This document shows positions 1-9,630 of a DNA stretch of 64,000 nucleotides, piece by piece (position 1 is the stretch's first letter; every line of letters starts with the position of its first letter). The translations under genes were made by a program, and so were the position numbers. The DNA comes from a virus: the IMG/VR virus record IMGVR_UViG_3300033149_003588, positions 10,460 through 74,459 of that record; one strand, written 5' to 3'. Under the pieces are notes generated by a model. It worked only from the letters and a program-made list of their open reading frames with translations, did not search any database and was not told where the DNA came from.

Positions 1-705
1 GTCACGCGTAGCCTGTGTATTAATAGTACCCAGAACTAAGCCATGGCCAATACGATCAACGATATCTACGAGATACCAGAAATCCTGTATATATTTATCT
101 AGCGGGATATCACATTCCTCACCCTGATGATAAAATATCATCATCCCTCTCTCCTTCGCTAGAGCAAGCTGTTTTACCACTTTCTCCAATGGAAGTTGTA
201 CTGAGGCCCAGTCTACTGCATAGAAACCAGCATTAGCAGCAATATCGAGCATGCTAGCAACCAGGTCATCACGATCTACAAACCTACTCCTGGATATCAA
301 GAGTACAGGTCTGATTAGCATACTGGTTACATCACTACACCTTCTCACTGCTTTATAAAGATGACGTTCAACAGCCGAATACCAGCCATTGATATCGTCG
401 TCCTTAGGAGGAGATGGTGGCGTAATACGGAGATCTGCTATCCGTATACCCTGCTTAATCCACCAATCAACCACGCCCTCTAGTGCAGCATCGAAATGGT
501 CTGCCTTATCAGCTATGCTAAAATATTGAGCATAAACTGACAAGAAGCTACCGAGATCAACCACACTACTAACAGCTGTATCTATCTGGTCAACTAGAAT
601 ATCAGTCAGCCTCGCGATAATTTCAGCCGGAGTAGTGCCACCGAGATGAGCATGGAAGTCATAGGGATAAAGCTTGGTCGCCTCTCTCTGGAGTGGCTCT
701 TTCAT
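1..705 (-). CDS. Adenosine/AMP deaminase-like amidohydrolase (3' end runs off the window)
   Basis: Not in the ORF track; translated by hand from ATG at 705 (SD-like GGGGGTGA upstream), open to base 1: MKEPLQREATKLYPYDFHAHLGG...IFYHQGEE...VDRIGHGL. DxHxH, HxGE and RIGHG are ADA-family metal/catalytic motifs. Confidence 0.8.
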   Translation of the reverse strand, partial: MKEPLQREATKLYPYDFHAHLGGTTPAEIIARLTDILVDQIDTAVSSVVDLGSFLSVYAQYFSIADKADHFDAALEGVVDWWIKQGIRIADLRITPPSPPKDDDINGWYSAVERHLYKAVRRCSDVTSMLIRPVLLISRSRFVDRDDLVASMLDIAANAGFYAVDWASVQLPLEKVVKQLALAKERGMMIFYHQGEECDIPLDKYIQDFWYLVDIVDRIGHGLVLGTINTQATRD

Positions 706-862
706 TATTCACCCCCTTCATGTTTAGGGTTAGGTCTACAGACAGGCACATTGGATATGTGAGGTAGTTATATAGAGAATACATGTATAATTCGAGAAAA
801 ATCTTCTTTGGATGGAGCATGCTACACTATGGAATACGTCTATTGCTTTACTATTTCTTACC

Positions 863-951
863 TTCCTGTTATCCTGGTACCTCCCTGTTATTTTTTTATT
901 CCTGTTATCCTGGTACCTCCCTGTTATTTTTTTATTCCTGTTATCCTGGTA
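863..951. repeat. Tandem 36-bp direct repeat, ~2.4 copies
   Basis: CCTGTTATCCTGGTACCTCCCTGTTATTTTTTTATT at 865-900 and 901-936, partial copy at 937-951; sub-motif CCTGTTAT at 865, 884, 901, 920 and 937. Confidence 0.95.
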
Positions 952-1320
952 TTATATTTTAATATATACCCCTTTTTCTATCTCTTTTTTTTCTTCCTTT
1001 ATACTTTATAAAAAAATATGTACTCATGTTTCCTCTATCATTTCAATCTAAATACTACCTAACATACTTTTCTCTTTCCCCACGTCCATAAAAACACACC
1101 CTAGCGGGATGGGAAGAAGCCCCACTCGTCCCCACTGAGGTAAATATTGTCCCCACTTATAATTATGTACGATATCAGATAATTCTAAGAAAAATAGAAA
1201 ATTTAAAGATAGGTAGAATTAAATTAGATTATAATATAGGTATGTTTAATAGGTAAGAGAATTACTTATCTGGAATACGAGGGATCGTTCCAAATATAAT
1301 TTAATGAATATCGATTATTT

Positions 1321-1572
1321 TTATTTATCATATACAAACATACAATTATCTCCGAATTCCCATTTTATATGGTCCTTCTCTAACTCTGGATATAATATAC
1401 GAAGTTTGATCCAAAATAGATAATCCAGGTATTCTGCTTCACATGCACACTTGGCAGCCTTATTATATCCAAATGGAAGAGCAGCATATACTTTCATTAA
1501 ACGTCTATACGCATTACTCTCTAATTTAATCTTTATGATTTCTTGTGGGACATCATATCTCTTTTTATTCAT
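1321..1572 (-). CDS. Hypothetical protein
   Basis: 83-aa ORF with AAGGGAG SD upstream; last gene of the minus-strand block. Confidence 0.7.
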   Translation of the reverse strand: MNKKRYDVPQEIIKIKLESNAYRRLMKVYAALPFGYNKAAKCACEAEYLDYLFWIKLRILYPELEKDHIKWEFGDNCMFVYDK

Positions 1573-1619
1573 TTTATACTCCCTTAATATAATCCTACGC
1601 TGATATTACTATATCCAAA

Positions 1620-1835
1620 TCAGCAACTATCTGGTGGAAACATAATATCAGCATCATAACTAAGCAACTGTTGATTTTCATTATCTACTGGAATATATAG
1701 ATTTTTAAAAGCCCAATCCTCACACAAGTATTGCCTTCCATTAATACTAGTAATGAGCCACCCATTAATAATTCCTTCATAATTAGTTACTCTTATAGCA
1801 TCTACTATCGTCGATTCCCTGCGAAATTTAGCCAT
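1620..1835 (-). CDS. Small conserved phage protein (PGDYG-like)
   Basis: KFRRESTIVDAIR...GWLITSINGRQYLCEDWAFKNLYIPV resembles the common phage pattern K(F/Y)RKKPVxVEA...GDWIIxGxxGExYPC; GGAGG SD. Confidence 0.6.
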   Translation of the reverse strand: MAKFRRESTIVDAIRVTNYEGIINGWLITSINGRQYLCEDWAFKNLYIPVDNENQQLLSYDADIMFPPDSC

Positions 1836-1849
1836 AATATATACCTCCC

Positions 1850-2428
1850 TTATTTTATTCCTTTTTTCTTAAGATAAATATTAACCAATGCTAAAAATGT
1901 TGTTATATCTTCTTCGGATTCTAATATACTTGGCATTTGCGGGTGTCTTAATGCCCACCTTATGCCGCGATCTATCCAATACGAATTCGGTTTTATACCC
2001 CACAATCCTCGTCTATGTCGTCTAGCCTTAACTTCTGCCTTGACTAGATTCAACATTATAGAATCATTATATGAATATTTTACATATGCATATGCATAAC
2101 CATCAGAAATGATCTTTTCATTGTATAGCTTTCCATCTATATAAACATATCCTAATAGTCTGCCAAAAACATCAAGCGAATCATCTGCTAGCTGCAGATC
2201 TATAATTTTGCCTTCTAATGCATTCTGAGTATATCGATATGCTTCTTGACCATAATACTGAACGTCTTTTCTTGGGTCTTTAGTCTCTGGGGTATCAACA
2301 CCTACAAGTCTTACTCTTTTTTTATCGTCAAGTATAAAGGTGTCACCATCTATAACTCTTACCACAGTTACCATACGTCCTAATGTTATTATAACAAATA
2401 GAAAAAATATTACCATAAATCTATTCAT
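1850..2428 (-). CDS. Thermonuclease (staphylococcal nuclease-like) with N-terminal signal/anchor
   Basis: VRVIDGDTF, VRLVGVDTPET, DVFGRLLGYVY, GYAY and AEVKARRHRRGLW motifs; hydrophobic N-terminus. Confidence 0.93.
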   Translation of the reverse strand: MNRFMVIFFLFVIITLGRMVTVVRVIDGDTFILDDKKRVRLVGVDTPETKDPRKDVQYYGQEAYRYTQNALEGKIIDLQLADDSLDVFGRLLGYVYIDGKLYNEKIISDGYAYAYVKYSYNDSIMLNLVKAEVKARRHRRGLWGIKPNSYWIDRGIRWALRHPQMPSILESEEDITTFLALVNIYLKKKGIK

Positions 2429-2500
2429 AATACCTCCAGGCCAATATTACTATGAGTAATCTACGTGTTATCATGGTATCACCCAAATAATATATGCATG

Positions 2501-3031
2501 TTATTCTTGTACTTCCTCAATAGGCACTAATATAAGTGCTATATAATTTTTAGATAAGAGGTTTTTAATTAATTTCTCGGCCCCACGTGTGTAAAATGGA
2601 GCATCATAACAAACGATTTTATTAATACCCACATGTAACAACTCTAATATGCATTCTTTACATGGCGGGCCACAACTGCAATATAATGTGCCCCCCCTAA
2701 CCGACACACCCATATCGATAGCATTCAGTATGGCAGCACGCTCGGCATGTACAGCCCAACACATATCTATTTTCTTACCATGACTATCTTTATTATCACG
2801 ATAGCGCGGACAAACACTACTTCTTCTGAATCTGCCAGATAGTATTTGACCATCATCTGACCTATAACTACAATCTGGTAATGGTAATGGCGGACCATTG
2901 TATCCACTCGATATTATTTTGCCATTTTTAACAATGATAGCACCTATATGACGCGATAAACATCTACTGTTCTGAGATATGGCCCTTGCAATCTGTAAAT
3001 ATGTAATATCTTGTTTTGTATACTTTGCCAT
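2501..3031 (-). CDS. dCMP deaminase (ComEB/dCMP deaminase family)
   Basis: SRCLSRHIGAIIV, SGYNGPP, VHAE and PCKEC zinc motifs. Confidence 0.92.
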   Translation of the reverse strand: MAKYTKQDITYLQIARAISQNSRCLSRHIGAIIVKNGKIISSGYNGPPLPLPDCSYRSDDGQILSGRFRRSSVCPRYRDNKDSHGKKIDMCWAVHAERAAILNAIDMGVSVRGGTLYCSCGPPCKECILELLHVGINKIVCYDAPFYTRGAEKLIKNLLSKNYIALILVPIEEVQE

Positions 3032-3035
3032 CGAC

Positions 3036-3902
3036 CTACTCCTCTATTATATAATTAGCATGCTTATATAATTCACTATGATTACATATCCATTCTCTTA
3101 GTTCTGCTAACATCGTTGAATATGACGACACTACGTATTTCAATAATTTCCTGGTATCTACCATACTCTTATCACACACGGGCACAGCAACTGACTTAAT
3201 ATCCACATTCATCTTATTAAATGTATGCTGGATTATCCTTAATAAATCGTCCTTACGTATAGTGAATGGAGATACCAGATGATATAATCCAGTAATATCC
3301 GGTTGCTGTATAAACTTATCTATGCATTTGGCCAACTCAAGTGTTGTAATCCCAGTCCATAATGCATTATGATATCCAGTTACAGTAGACTGTTGTTTCA
3401 TAAACCAATGAAATAAACCAGTACCATTTTTCTTAAGTTCCGGCCCTATTATAGATAGTCTAAGGGTTAGATCTTTGTTATTTATAACTTCACCCAGGGC
3501 TTTAGTTTTGCCATACCAATCATCGGCATTGGGTATATCTTGTTCATCATAATATCCGCGAGACCCATTCCAAATACAGTCTGTCGAGAGATGTATAAGT
3601 TTTATTTCTGTATCGCTTAATATTTCTTCTAAAAGATGAGGGAAAAATGAATTAACATATACTGCCCTTGCACGCTGCTGTTCTGCTGCACCAGTGAGTA
3701 CCCCAATACAGTTAATAACAATCATAGGTGATTCAGATAATATTGCCTGCCCGATCTCCTTTTTCGATGCTTCTTCAATATCCATAACAATATCAGCATT
3801 GTTGCGCGCTAGAGTTATTATATCATAACTAGTTTCCTCCTTTAAATACATACTAATCATATGTCCAGCCATACCATTTGATCCTAATACTAATATCTTC
3901 AT
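3036..3902 (-). CDS. rmlD: RmlD-like NDP-4-keto-6-deoxysugar reductase (SDR)
   Basis: GSNGMAG Rossmann motif, INCIG, HLSTDC, YGKTK (YxxxK). Exact substrate not determinable. Confidence 0.8.
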   Translation of the reverse strand: MKILVLGSNGMAGHMISMYLKEETSYDIITLARNNADIVMDIEEASKKEIGQAILSESPMIVINCIGVLTGAAEQQRARAVYVNSFFPHLLEEILSDTEIKLIHLSTDCIWNGSRGYYDEQDIPNADDWYGKTKALGEVINNKDLTLRLSIIGPELKKNGTGLFHWFMKQQSTVTGYHNALWTGITTLELAKCIDKFIQQPDITGLYHLVSPFTIRKDDLLRIIQHTFNKMNVDIKSVAVPVCDKSMVDTRKLLKYVVSSYSTMLAELREWICNHSELYKHANYIIEE

Positions 3903-4840
3903 CTTATACCCACCTCTGATAAATGTTTAAAGTTAATATAATTACTGGCTAGTGGATTTTTTAATCTCGTGCTCTCTAGTAATTCCTTCAATTCTTTAAT
4001 TCCCTCATCCATAGTTATATGCGGACAAAATCCCAAATCTTTTTTAGCCTTACTACTAGATACTCTATAATTACGGTTATCCTCAAACTTAGTATTAGTT
4101 ATAATCATCTCTAGATCATGATAATATGTTGCTATCAGATCACCTAATTCTCTGATAGTAACATTATTCGAGTGTATATTATATATCCCAGTCATATTAG
4201 ATTTTATACTATTAATAATAGTCCTGGCTACATCTCTAACATGTATCAATGGACGATATTGACGCCCGCCAAATATATGTATCTTATTATATATTGATGC
4301 GTGCATAACTAGTGTATTAAGTACAAGGTCTGCCCTAATCCTTGCAAACTGATCACTAATCCCGAATAATGTCCCAAGTCTGAATATTAGTGAATTTGGA
4401 TACTCTGATAATATTTCTTCAGCCCATAATTTCGTCTGAGCATAATGAGATAATGGATTCACTTCTGATTTCTCATCTAACAGAGTATTAGATGCACCAT
4501 ATACAGAACAACTACTTATAAATATTATTCTACCATTAAAATTATTGATTAACCATTGTATGGTGTCTGTATTAATCTCTTTAGCAATATCTTTATTTAA
4601 TGCACAGGCCTGATCACCAACTAGAGCTGCTAACCATATAACTACGTCAGCCCATTCTAAATATTTATGCATTTTGTTAGTATCTCTAATATCACCATAT
4701 ATAAATGGCACAGCCTTTCTATAGTCTCTCTCATATACAAGACTATCATATACTAGTATATCATGATCCGATGAACCTGCCAGTAAATCCGTAACAGCAC
4801 CGCCTAAATATCCCGCTCCACCTGTTATAAGAATATTCAT
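3899..4840 (-). CDS. NAD-dependent epimerase/dehydratase (extended SDR)
   Basis: ITGGAGYLG, SSCSVYG, YAQTK, RPLIHVRDVA. Start at 4840 preferred (ATGA overlap with the upstream stop) over 4849. Confidence 0.9.
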   Translation of the reverse strand: MNILITGGAGYLGGAVTDLLAGSSDHDILVYDSLVYERDYRKAVPFIYGDIRDTNKMHKYLEWADVVIWLAALVGDQACALNKDIAKEINTDTIQWLINNFNGRIIFISSCSVYGASNTLLDEKSEVNPLSHYAQTKLWAEEILSEYPNSLIFRLGTLFGISDQFARIRADLVLNTLVMHASIYNKIHIFGGRQYRPLIHVRDVARTIINSIKSNMTGIYNIHSNNVTIRELGDLIATYYHDLEMIITNTKFEDNRNYRVSSSKAKKDLGFCPHITMDEGIKELKELLESTRLKNPLASNYINFKHLSEVGIR

Positions 4841-5103
4841 AATATGCATCCTTTCTTAACTATGGAACAAACAAATAAAATAGTCCACATTATGCCCATT
4901 AATATATTTGATACAGCTATCCAGGGCATTTTTATTAAAAAGAATACTATTGCTACTGTAAACACTCCTGCTGCCATTAATGATGATGTAATCGGATTCG
5001 TATCTCTACGCCCTCTGATTGAATCTATAACCTGTGGTATTAATATCACTGCAAATAAAAACCCTATAATAGCTACAATTACATCTGCAAGATCTCTGGA
5101 CAC
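4837..5103 (-). CDS. PQ-loop / SemiSWEET-like small membrane protein
   Basis: Three hydrophobic segments with LIPQV after TM1 and a conserved-type SN in TM3; GTG start at 5103 with GGAGA SD, coupled to the upstream stop. Confidence 0.7.
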   Translation of the reverse strand: MSRDLADVIVAIIGFLFAVILIPQVIDSIRGRRDTNPITSSLMAAGVFTVAIVFFLIKMPWIAVSNILMGIMWTILFVCSIVKKGCIL

Positions 5104-5543
5104 TATCTCTCCTTTATCTCCCAGCAATCCCATTTATCTTTAGACCACCTGTAATCATCGTCCTTACTTTCTTTAAGTGTACATGTCGAGAAGAATATGA
5201 GCTTAGTATCTACTGTCAAAGTTTTAAATCCATTAGCGTATCCTGGTGGTATATATAATATAGCTGGCTTTTTAGATGACAGTATGTATATATCTGGTAC
5301 TATATAACTAGGATCATCAAAATCATCTATCTTAACTATACCAATCATTGCGACACCGTCCACAACCATAACATATTTAGCCTCATTCTTATGTCCGTGC
5401 CATGCTCGCACGAATCCAACTTGATGATTGGTAACTGTATAAAATCTTTTTATGGGTGACATGTTGAAATCATTAACAAATCCCAACTCCCCCCTACCAT
5501 CTACGAACAGGCTGCCCTCAATTAGTTTTGGATTATCGTCCAT
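5103..5543 (-). CDS. rmlC: RmlC-like cupin NDP-sugar 3,5-epimerase
   Basis: DGRG, VRAWHGH, LYIPPGYANGF motifs; likely start MDDNPK at 5543 (track start 5639). Confidence 0.8.
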   Translation of the reverse strand: MDDNPKLIEGSLFVDGRGELGFVNDFNMSPIKRFYTVTNHQVGFVRAWHGHKNEAKYVMVVDGVAMIGIVKIDDFDDPSYIVPDIYILSSKKPAILYIPPGYANGFKTLTVDTKLIFFSTCTLKESKDDDYRWSKDKWDCWEIKER

Positions 5544-5668
5544 TGTTATACCCCATTCACCAGTGTAATTCACTTTAAACATCAAATATCTAGCAATCCT
5601 CTCATTTGTATCGGAAAATTTGCGTTTTTTAAATACCATACGTTATTCTATTGCATAATAGAATAGCT

Positions 5669-7360
5669 CTAATCATTATAAATATATCGTATAATATTAG
5701 AAATAGTATTGTTCATTTGATTATAATTCTTATCTGTCACAAATGCTTCAAATTCATGGGACTTCTTGAAATCCTCGTGCCAACGAAAACCTATGATATC
5801 CTCAGATATAGAAGAAAGGACATCAATATTATCATCATACATCATATCCTCCAGGCGGTCATGCTGATCGAGATAGCAAACACTATTGATTGGAATTTGT
5901 ATTGAATTTAATTCCTTAAATTGTTGCTGGATATAGTTATTATCTGGGAAATGTTTATCAAGAATCACAGCACCAGTATTTTGGTGTTTTTGAGGATCCA
6001 ATCCCCTCACCACAAGGGTATAAATGTGTGCAAAAAATGGAGACAGTCCAGATGACATAAGAAACCCAACCATATTTTTACGTGCATTTGTTTTTTGATC
6101 TCTATACCTGCATAGCCCTATATCAATACCCTTATTGATATCTTTATTAATGGATAAATTTTCTATCGAATTTACATACAATATATCCATATCTGACCAC
6201 ACACCCCCTGTTGTTGCAAGCACTATCCACCTTATTATATCAGATTTTATATTCTCAGGAATATTGTTAGAAAGACGATAAGCAGTCATGTCATGTTGCT
6301 TTATCTCTACACCAAGATCTAATAGTCTTTCTCGATAATCTAGCTCTAAACAAGTCGATGAATCACAGTGTAATGATGCGTTTTCATCAATATATGGAAA
6401 TTTAGGGCAATGGAATACCATCCTCCAGTCAGGATTATACTTTCTAAAGGAACACAAAGTAAGGTACCTAAGAAATGACAATTTTGCTCCACCCCAATAA
6501 AAATGAGCAATCCTAGGAATTTTAGCAAGTCTCCAATTTCCATATGGTATTTTATTGCTATTACGTAAAGTATCAATTAGGGGTATTACACTTTCTATCT
6601 GTCCCCAATTTTTCTCGGTATTTCTTTCAATTTGATCAATCCTCTCATCTAGCAATGACATATTGTACAACCATTTCATCTTAACATCAGGATCATGATA
6701 ATGTAGTCTGGGATGATATAAATGAACAGCTAAACTATCTGTGTCTACAAAGTGACACCCATATCTTTCTAGCCTTTGTATTATATCGCGATCCTCGGCT
6801 GCAAAACCTATAAAATCCTCATCATATCCACCCACAGCCAAAAATGCATCTTTATGCATGGCCATTAAAAAAGGAAGTCTATTATTAAGGGGCGGTAACT
6901 CATGGGCCAATTCTTTCAACTGCTGAATTTGATCAACTCCTAGAGAAATGACAGATTTTAAAAAGTCCCCCGATCGATCATCTCTACCAGTAGGACTTAC
7001 TAATGCCATATGATCATGTTCTACAACATCAGCGAGTGTATCTATTACATTATCTAGGTGATACATCTCAGCGCAAGACAATATAATGATATCACCTGTC
7101 GCTTGCTTTACACCGATATTTAGAGCAAATCCGGGCATACGAAGCATGTCTTTACCCTGTAAATTACGTTGTCCAGTGAATATATATTTAATATTTAGTT
7201 TTTGCGCATATCTCTTTGTTATATTTTCAGTCTCGTCCTCTATGCCATCATTTAAAACTATAATTTCATATGGATGTGTTATACCATGTTTATATATAGA
7301 CTCCAATCCTAGATTTAAAAGCTGAGAACGTTTATAAGAGGTTATAATAATTGATATCAT
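5669..7360 (-). CDS. Bifunctional glycosyltransferase: GT2 domain fused to a DXD (GT32-like) domain
   Basis: N-terminal ISIIITSYKR...EIIVLNDG...GGYDEDFIGFAAEDRD (GT2); C-terminal KIPRIAHFYW...SDIIRW...GGVWSDMD (GT32-like). Start at 7360 with GGGGTGA SD. Confidence 0.88.
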   Translation of the reverse strand: MISIIITSYKRSQLLNLGLESIYKHGITHPYEIIVLNDGIEDETENITKRYAQKLNIKYIFTGQRNLQGKDMLRMPGFALNIGVKQATGDIIILSCAEMYHLDNVIDTLADVVEHDHMALVSPTGRDDRSGDFLKSVISLGVDQIQQLKELAHELPPLNNRLPFLMAMHKDAFLAVGGYDEDFIGFAAEDRDIIQRLERYGCHFVDTDSLAVHLYHPRLHYHDPDVKMKWLYNMSLLDERIDQIERNTEKNWGQIESVIPLIDTLRNSNKIPYGNWRLAKIPRIAHFYWGGAKLSFLRYLTLCSFRKYNPDWRMVFHCPKFPYIDENASLHCDSSTCLELDYRERLLDLGVEIKQHDMTAYRLSNNIPENIKSDIIRWIVLATTGGVWSDMDILYVNSIENLSINKDINKGIDIGLCRYRDQKTNARKNMVGFLMSSGLSPFFAHIYTLVVRGLDPQKHQNTGAVILDKHFPDNNYIQQQFKELNSIQIPINSVCYLDQHDRLEDMMYDDNIDVLSSISEDIIGFRWHEDFKKSHEFEAFVTDKNYNQMNNTISNIIRYIYND

Positions 7361-7380
7361 AATGTCACCCCATTTATGTC

Positions 7381-8271
7381 TTAAACACATGAATCCACCA
7401 ATTGCAATGTACCATCCCAATCATCTAATTTATCAGAAAAAACTAAATAATCATTATATTGTTTGGATTGTGTCATTTCATAGAATTTATTTCCATTTAT
7501 TATATCCCGCATATTCTGCAATCGCTCATTATAACTGTTACCAGGTAAACTACCACCCCTATTACTTCCATAATATCCTATATGCATTTGCCTGTTCACC
7601 TCCGGTACAATGGTAAACATACCCTCTTCTATCATGGCAATATCTACCAATCTGCTAATTAGTCCAGCTTGCTCATTGTGCGCAAGGGATCTTCTATATT
7701 TATATATAGGATTATCGGCATACTTATTATTGATTTCCTGGATGGTCTTGTGTCTATTATTAACGCTACCATAATATGCATCAGTTATGTACTGTTGTAC
7801 ATAGTGCATAAAAAAATTCTTATTAATCAATGTTCCAAGCGACGAATACGCATGTGCCCTTCTAACTCGATGCACATCCCCATCATTATTCGAACTATAT
7901 GATAATATAGCACTATAATGAGATGTATTCAACAATATATCCATGTACTGGAAAAAAGTCTTATGGATTAATACATCGTCTTCAATGTGTATTATATAAT
8001 TATCTGCTATATCAAATGCTCTACACATACCCTTTAGTATGTTTTTACTAAGACCATATTTATGTTGCCTACTTATAATACGATGATCATATGGATATTT
8101 GTCTATTATATTAAGATTATCTTGAGAACTTCCATATTCGACAACAAACAGTGTAGTAAATTCTCCAGGAATCATGTAGTGTTCTCTGGCAGCTATTTCA
8201 TATTCAATAGAAATAGCTAACATCTCGGGACGATTATACACTGGACGTAGTATTGTATTCACTCTTATCAA
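7381..8271 (-). CDS. GT-A fold glycosyltransferase
   Basis: PVYNRPEML, GLSKNIL, IHIEDDVL (acidic DXD-like motif), HIGYYG. Confidence 0.8.
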   Translation of the reverse strand: MIRVNTILRPVYNRPEMLAISIEYEIAAREHYMIPGEFTTLFVVEYGSSQDNLNIIDKYPYDHRIISRQHKYGLSKNILKGMCRAFDIADNYIIHIEDDVLIHKTFFQYMDILLNTSHYSAILSYSSNNDGDVHRVRRAHAYSSLGTLINKNFFMHYVQQYITDAYYGSVNNRHKTIQEINNKYADNPIYKYRRSLAHNEQAGLISRLVDIAMIEEGMFTIVPEVNRQMHIGYYGSNRGGSLPGNSYNERLQNMRDIINGNKFYEMTQSKQYNDYLVFSDKLDDWDGTLQLVDSCV

Positions 8272-9622
8272 ATCCTATTAATTCATTTTGTTTTATTTTG
8301 TGTACTATAGTCTCGGCTAATTTAATAGGATCACGTACATTAATTATTGGATTTTTTAACATTATTATAAATTTTTCGACCATTGCCATTGACATTCTGC
8401 CCTTCAATAATATATCAATTACTTTTTCCTGTGTACCTCGTTTCAATGATATATTATGAACATCCATGAATCTACTAATCTGGTCAGCATCTGGATTATC
8501 AAAAAAATAAGTTTCATCTATTCTTCCAGATTTCTGGATAATAAAATCAGGGATTCGATCTGCATTACTTGTCGTTGCTATAAATAATAAATCATCAATT
8601 GTATTAACTCCTTCAAGTGTGTTATTTATTGCACTCTTTGATACCGAAGAAAAGCCATAATCATCATCAAGAAGTAAATCTAAGTCTTCAGCATATATTA
8701 GAACAGGTTTATTGGAACTATTACCATATATAAAGTCATATAAAGAATATATAGAAGTTTTATAACACTTCATTGTTACTGAATCTGCAAATGTCTTGGG
8801 CAATAAGATATTACTCCTATTATCAAGCCTATCACACATATCATCATATGCCAACCCAAAATACTTAATAATAGTGCGAATTGTCATGGTTTTACCATTC
8901 CCTGATGGCCCCTCAAATAATATACCAAGTTTCCATGGTAATTTTAATTCTTTTTTGTAAAGATCTTCTGACAATATAAAATTATTAATATAATTAAACA
9001 ACTTTTCCTTGACACCAGTTCTTAGTATTAATTTATCCAATATGCCTTTAGATAATGTTATTCTTCTTTTCTCAAGCTTACAAACCCTATCATGCCATAA
9101 CTGGATTATTTTGGTTAAAAAATCTAATATCTGCTTCTTGTATTTTTTAACATTTGTGGGAAACACTAACACATCTATAGCACTAACATCACCACCCATA
9201 GTAGCTGTGCCACAAAAAACACTAACAAGGGGTATACCCTTCACCATAAACTTAATTACAGAATTTTGTGTCTTATCAGCATAATATATAAAATCAGGAA
9301 TATCTTCATCATCTAAATTCAACCATCCATCTATCTTATTATATAATCGTAAACTCCCGACAATTGGTTTCATTTGAACAAGGTCGGGATATAGTACATG
9401 TAATGTCAACATAAACTTGGCAAGCTGAGATATTACAACATAACTCATCTCAACATCTTCAATTTCTTCATATTCTGTATAGAGAGCACCATTAATAAGC
9501 CATTGGGGTGATTGATCGCCCTTCATAATATAAGCGCGCTTATATTGAATCAATCTATTAATATCTAAAGCAACATCTATAGCCTCTGCCACATCCTTGT
9601 TTTTCATTCTAGGTACTATCAA
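8234..9622 (-). CDS. AAA+ ATPase
   Basis: Walker A GPSGNGKT, Walker B IYAEDLD, ATTSN and SGRID second-region-of-homology motifs. Confidence 0.9.
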   Translation of the reverse strand: MIVPRMKNKDVAEAIDVALDINRLIQYKRAYIMKGDQSPQWLINGALYTEYEEIEDVEMSYVVISQLAKFMLTLHVLYPDLVQMKPIVGSLRLYNKIDGWLNLDDEDIPDFIYYADKTQNSVIKFMVKGIPLVSVFCGTATMGGDVSAIDVLVFPTNVKKYKKQILDFLTKIIQLWHDRVCKLEKRRITLSKGILDKLILRTGVKEKLFNYINNFILSEDLYKKELKLPWKLGILFEGPSGNGKTMTIRTIIKYFGLAYDDMCDRLDNRSNILLPKTFADSVTMKCYKTSIYSLYDFIYGNSSNKPVLIYAEDLDLLLDDDYGFSSVSKSAINNTLEGVNTIDDLLFIATTSNADRIPDFIIQKSGRIDETYFFDNPDADQISRFMDVHNISLKRGTQEKVIDILLKGRMSMAMVEKFIIMLKNPIINVRDPIKLAETIVHKIKQNELIGFDKSEYNTTSSV

Positions 9623-9630
9623 AACAGCCC

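Noticed and set aside
863-951. 36-bp repeats as a CRISPR array
   Set aside because: The copies are directly adjacent with no spacers, and there are no cas genes in the window.
808-1051. Plus-strand ORFs 808..1011 and 812..1051
   Set aside because: They are translations of the tandem repeat and T-rich low-complexity DNA, with no SD and opposite to the genome-wide orientation.
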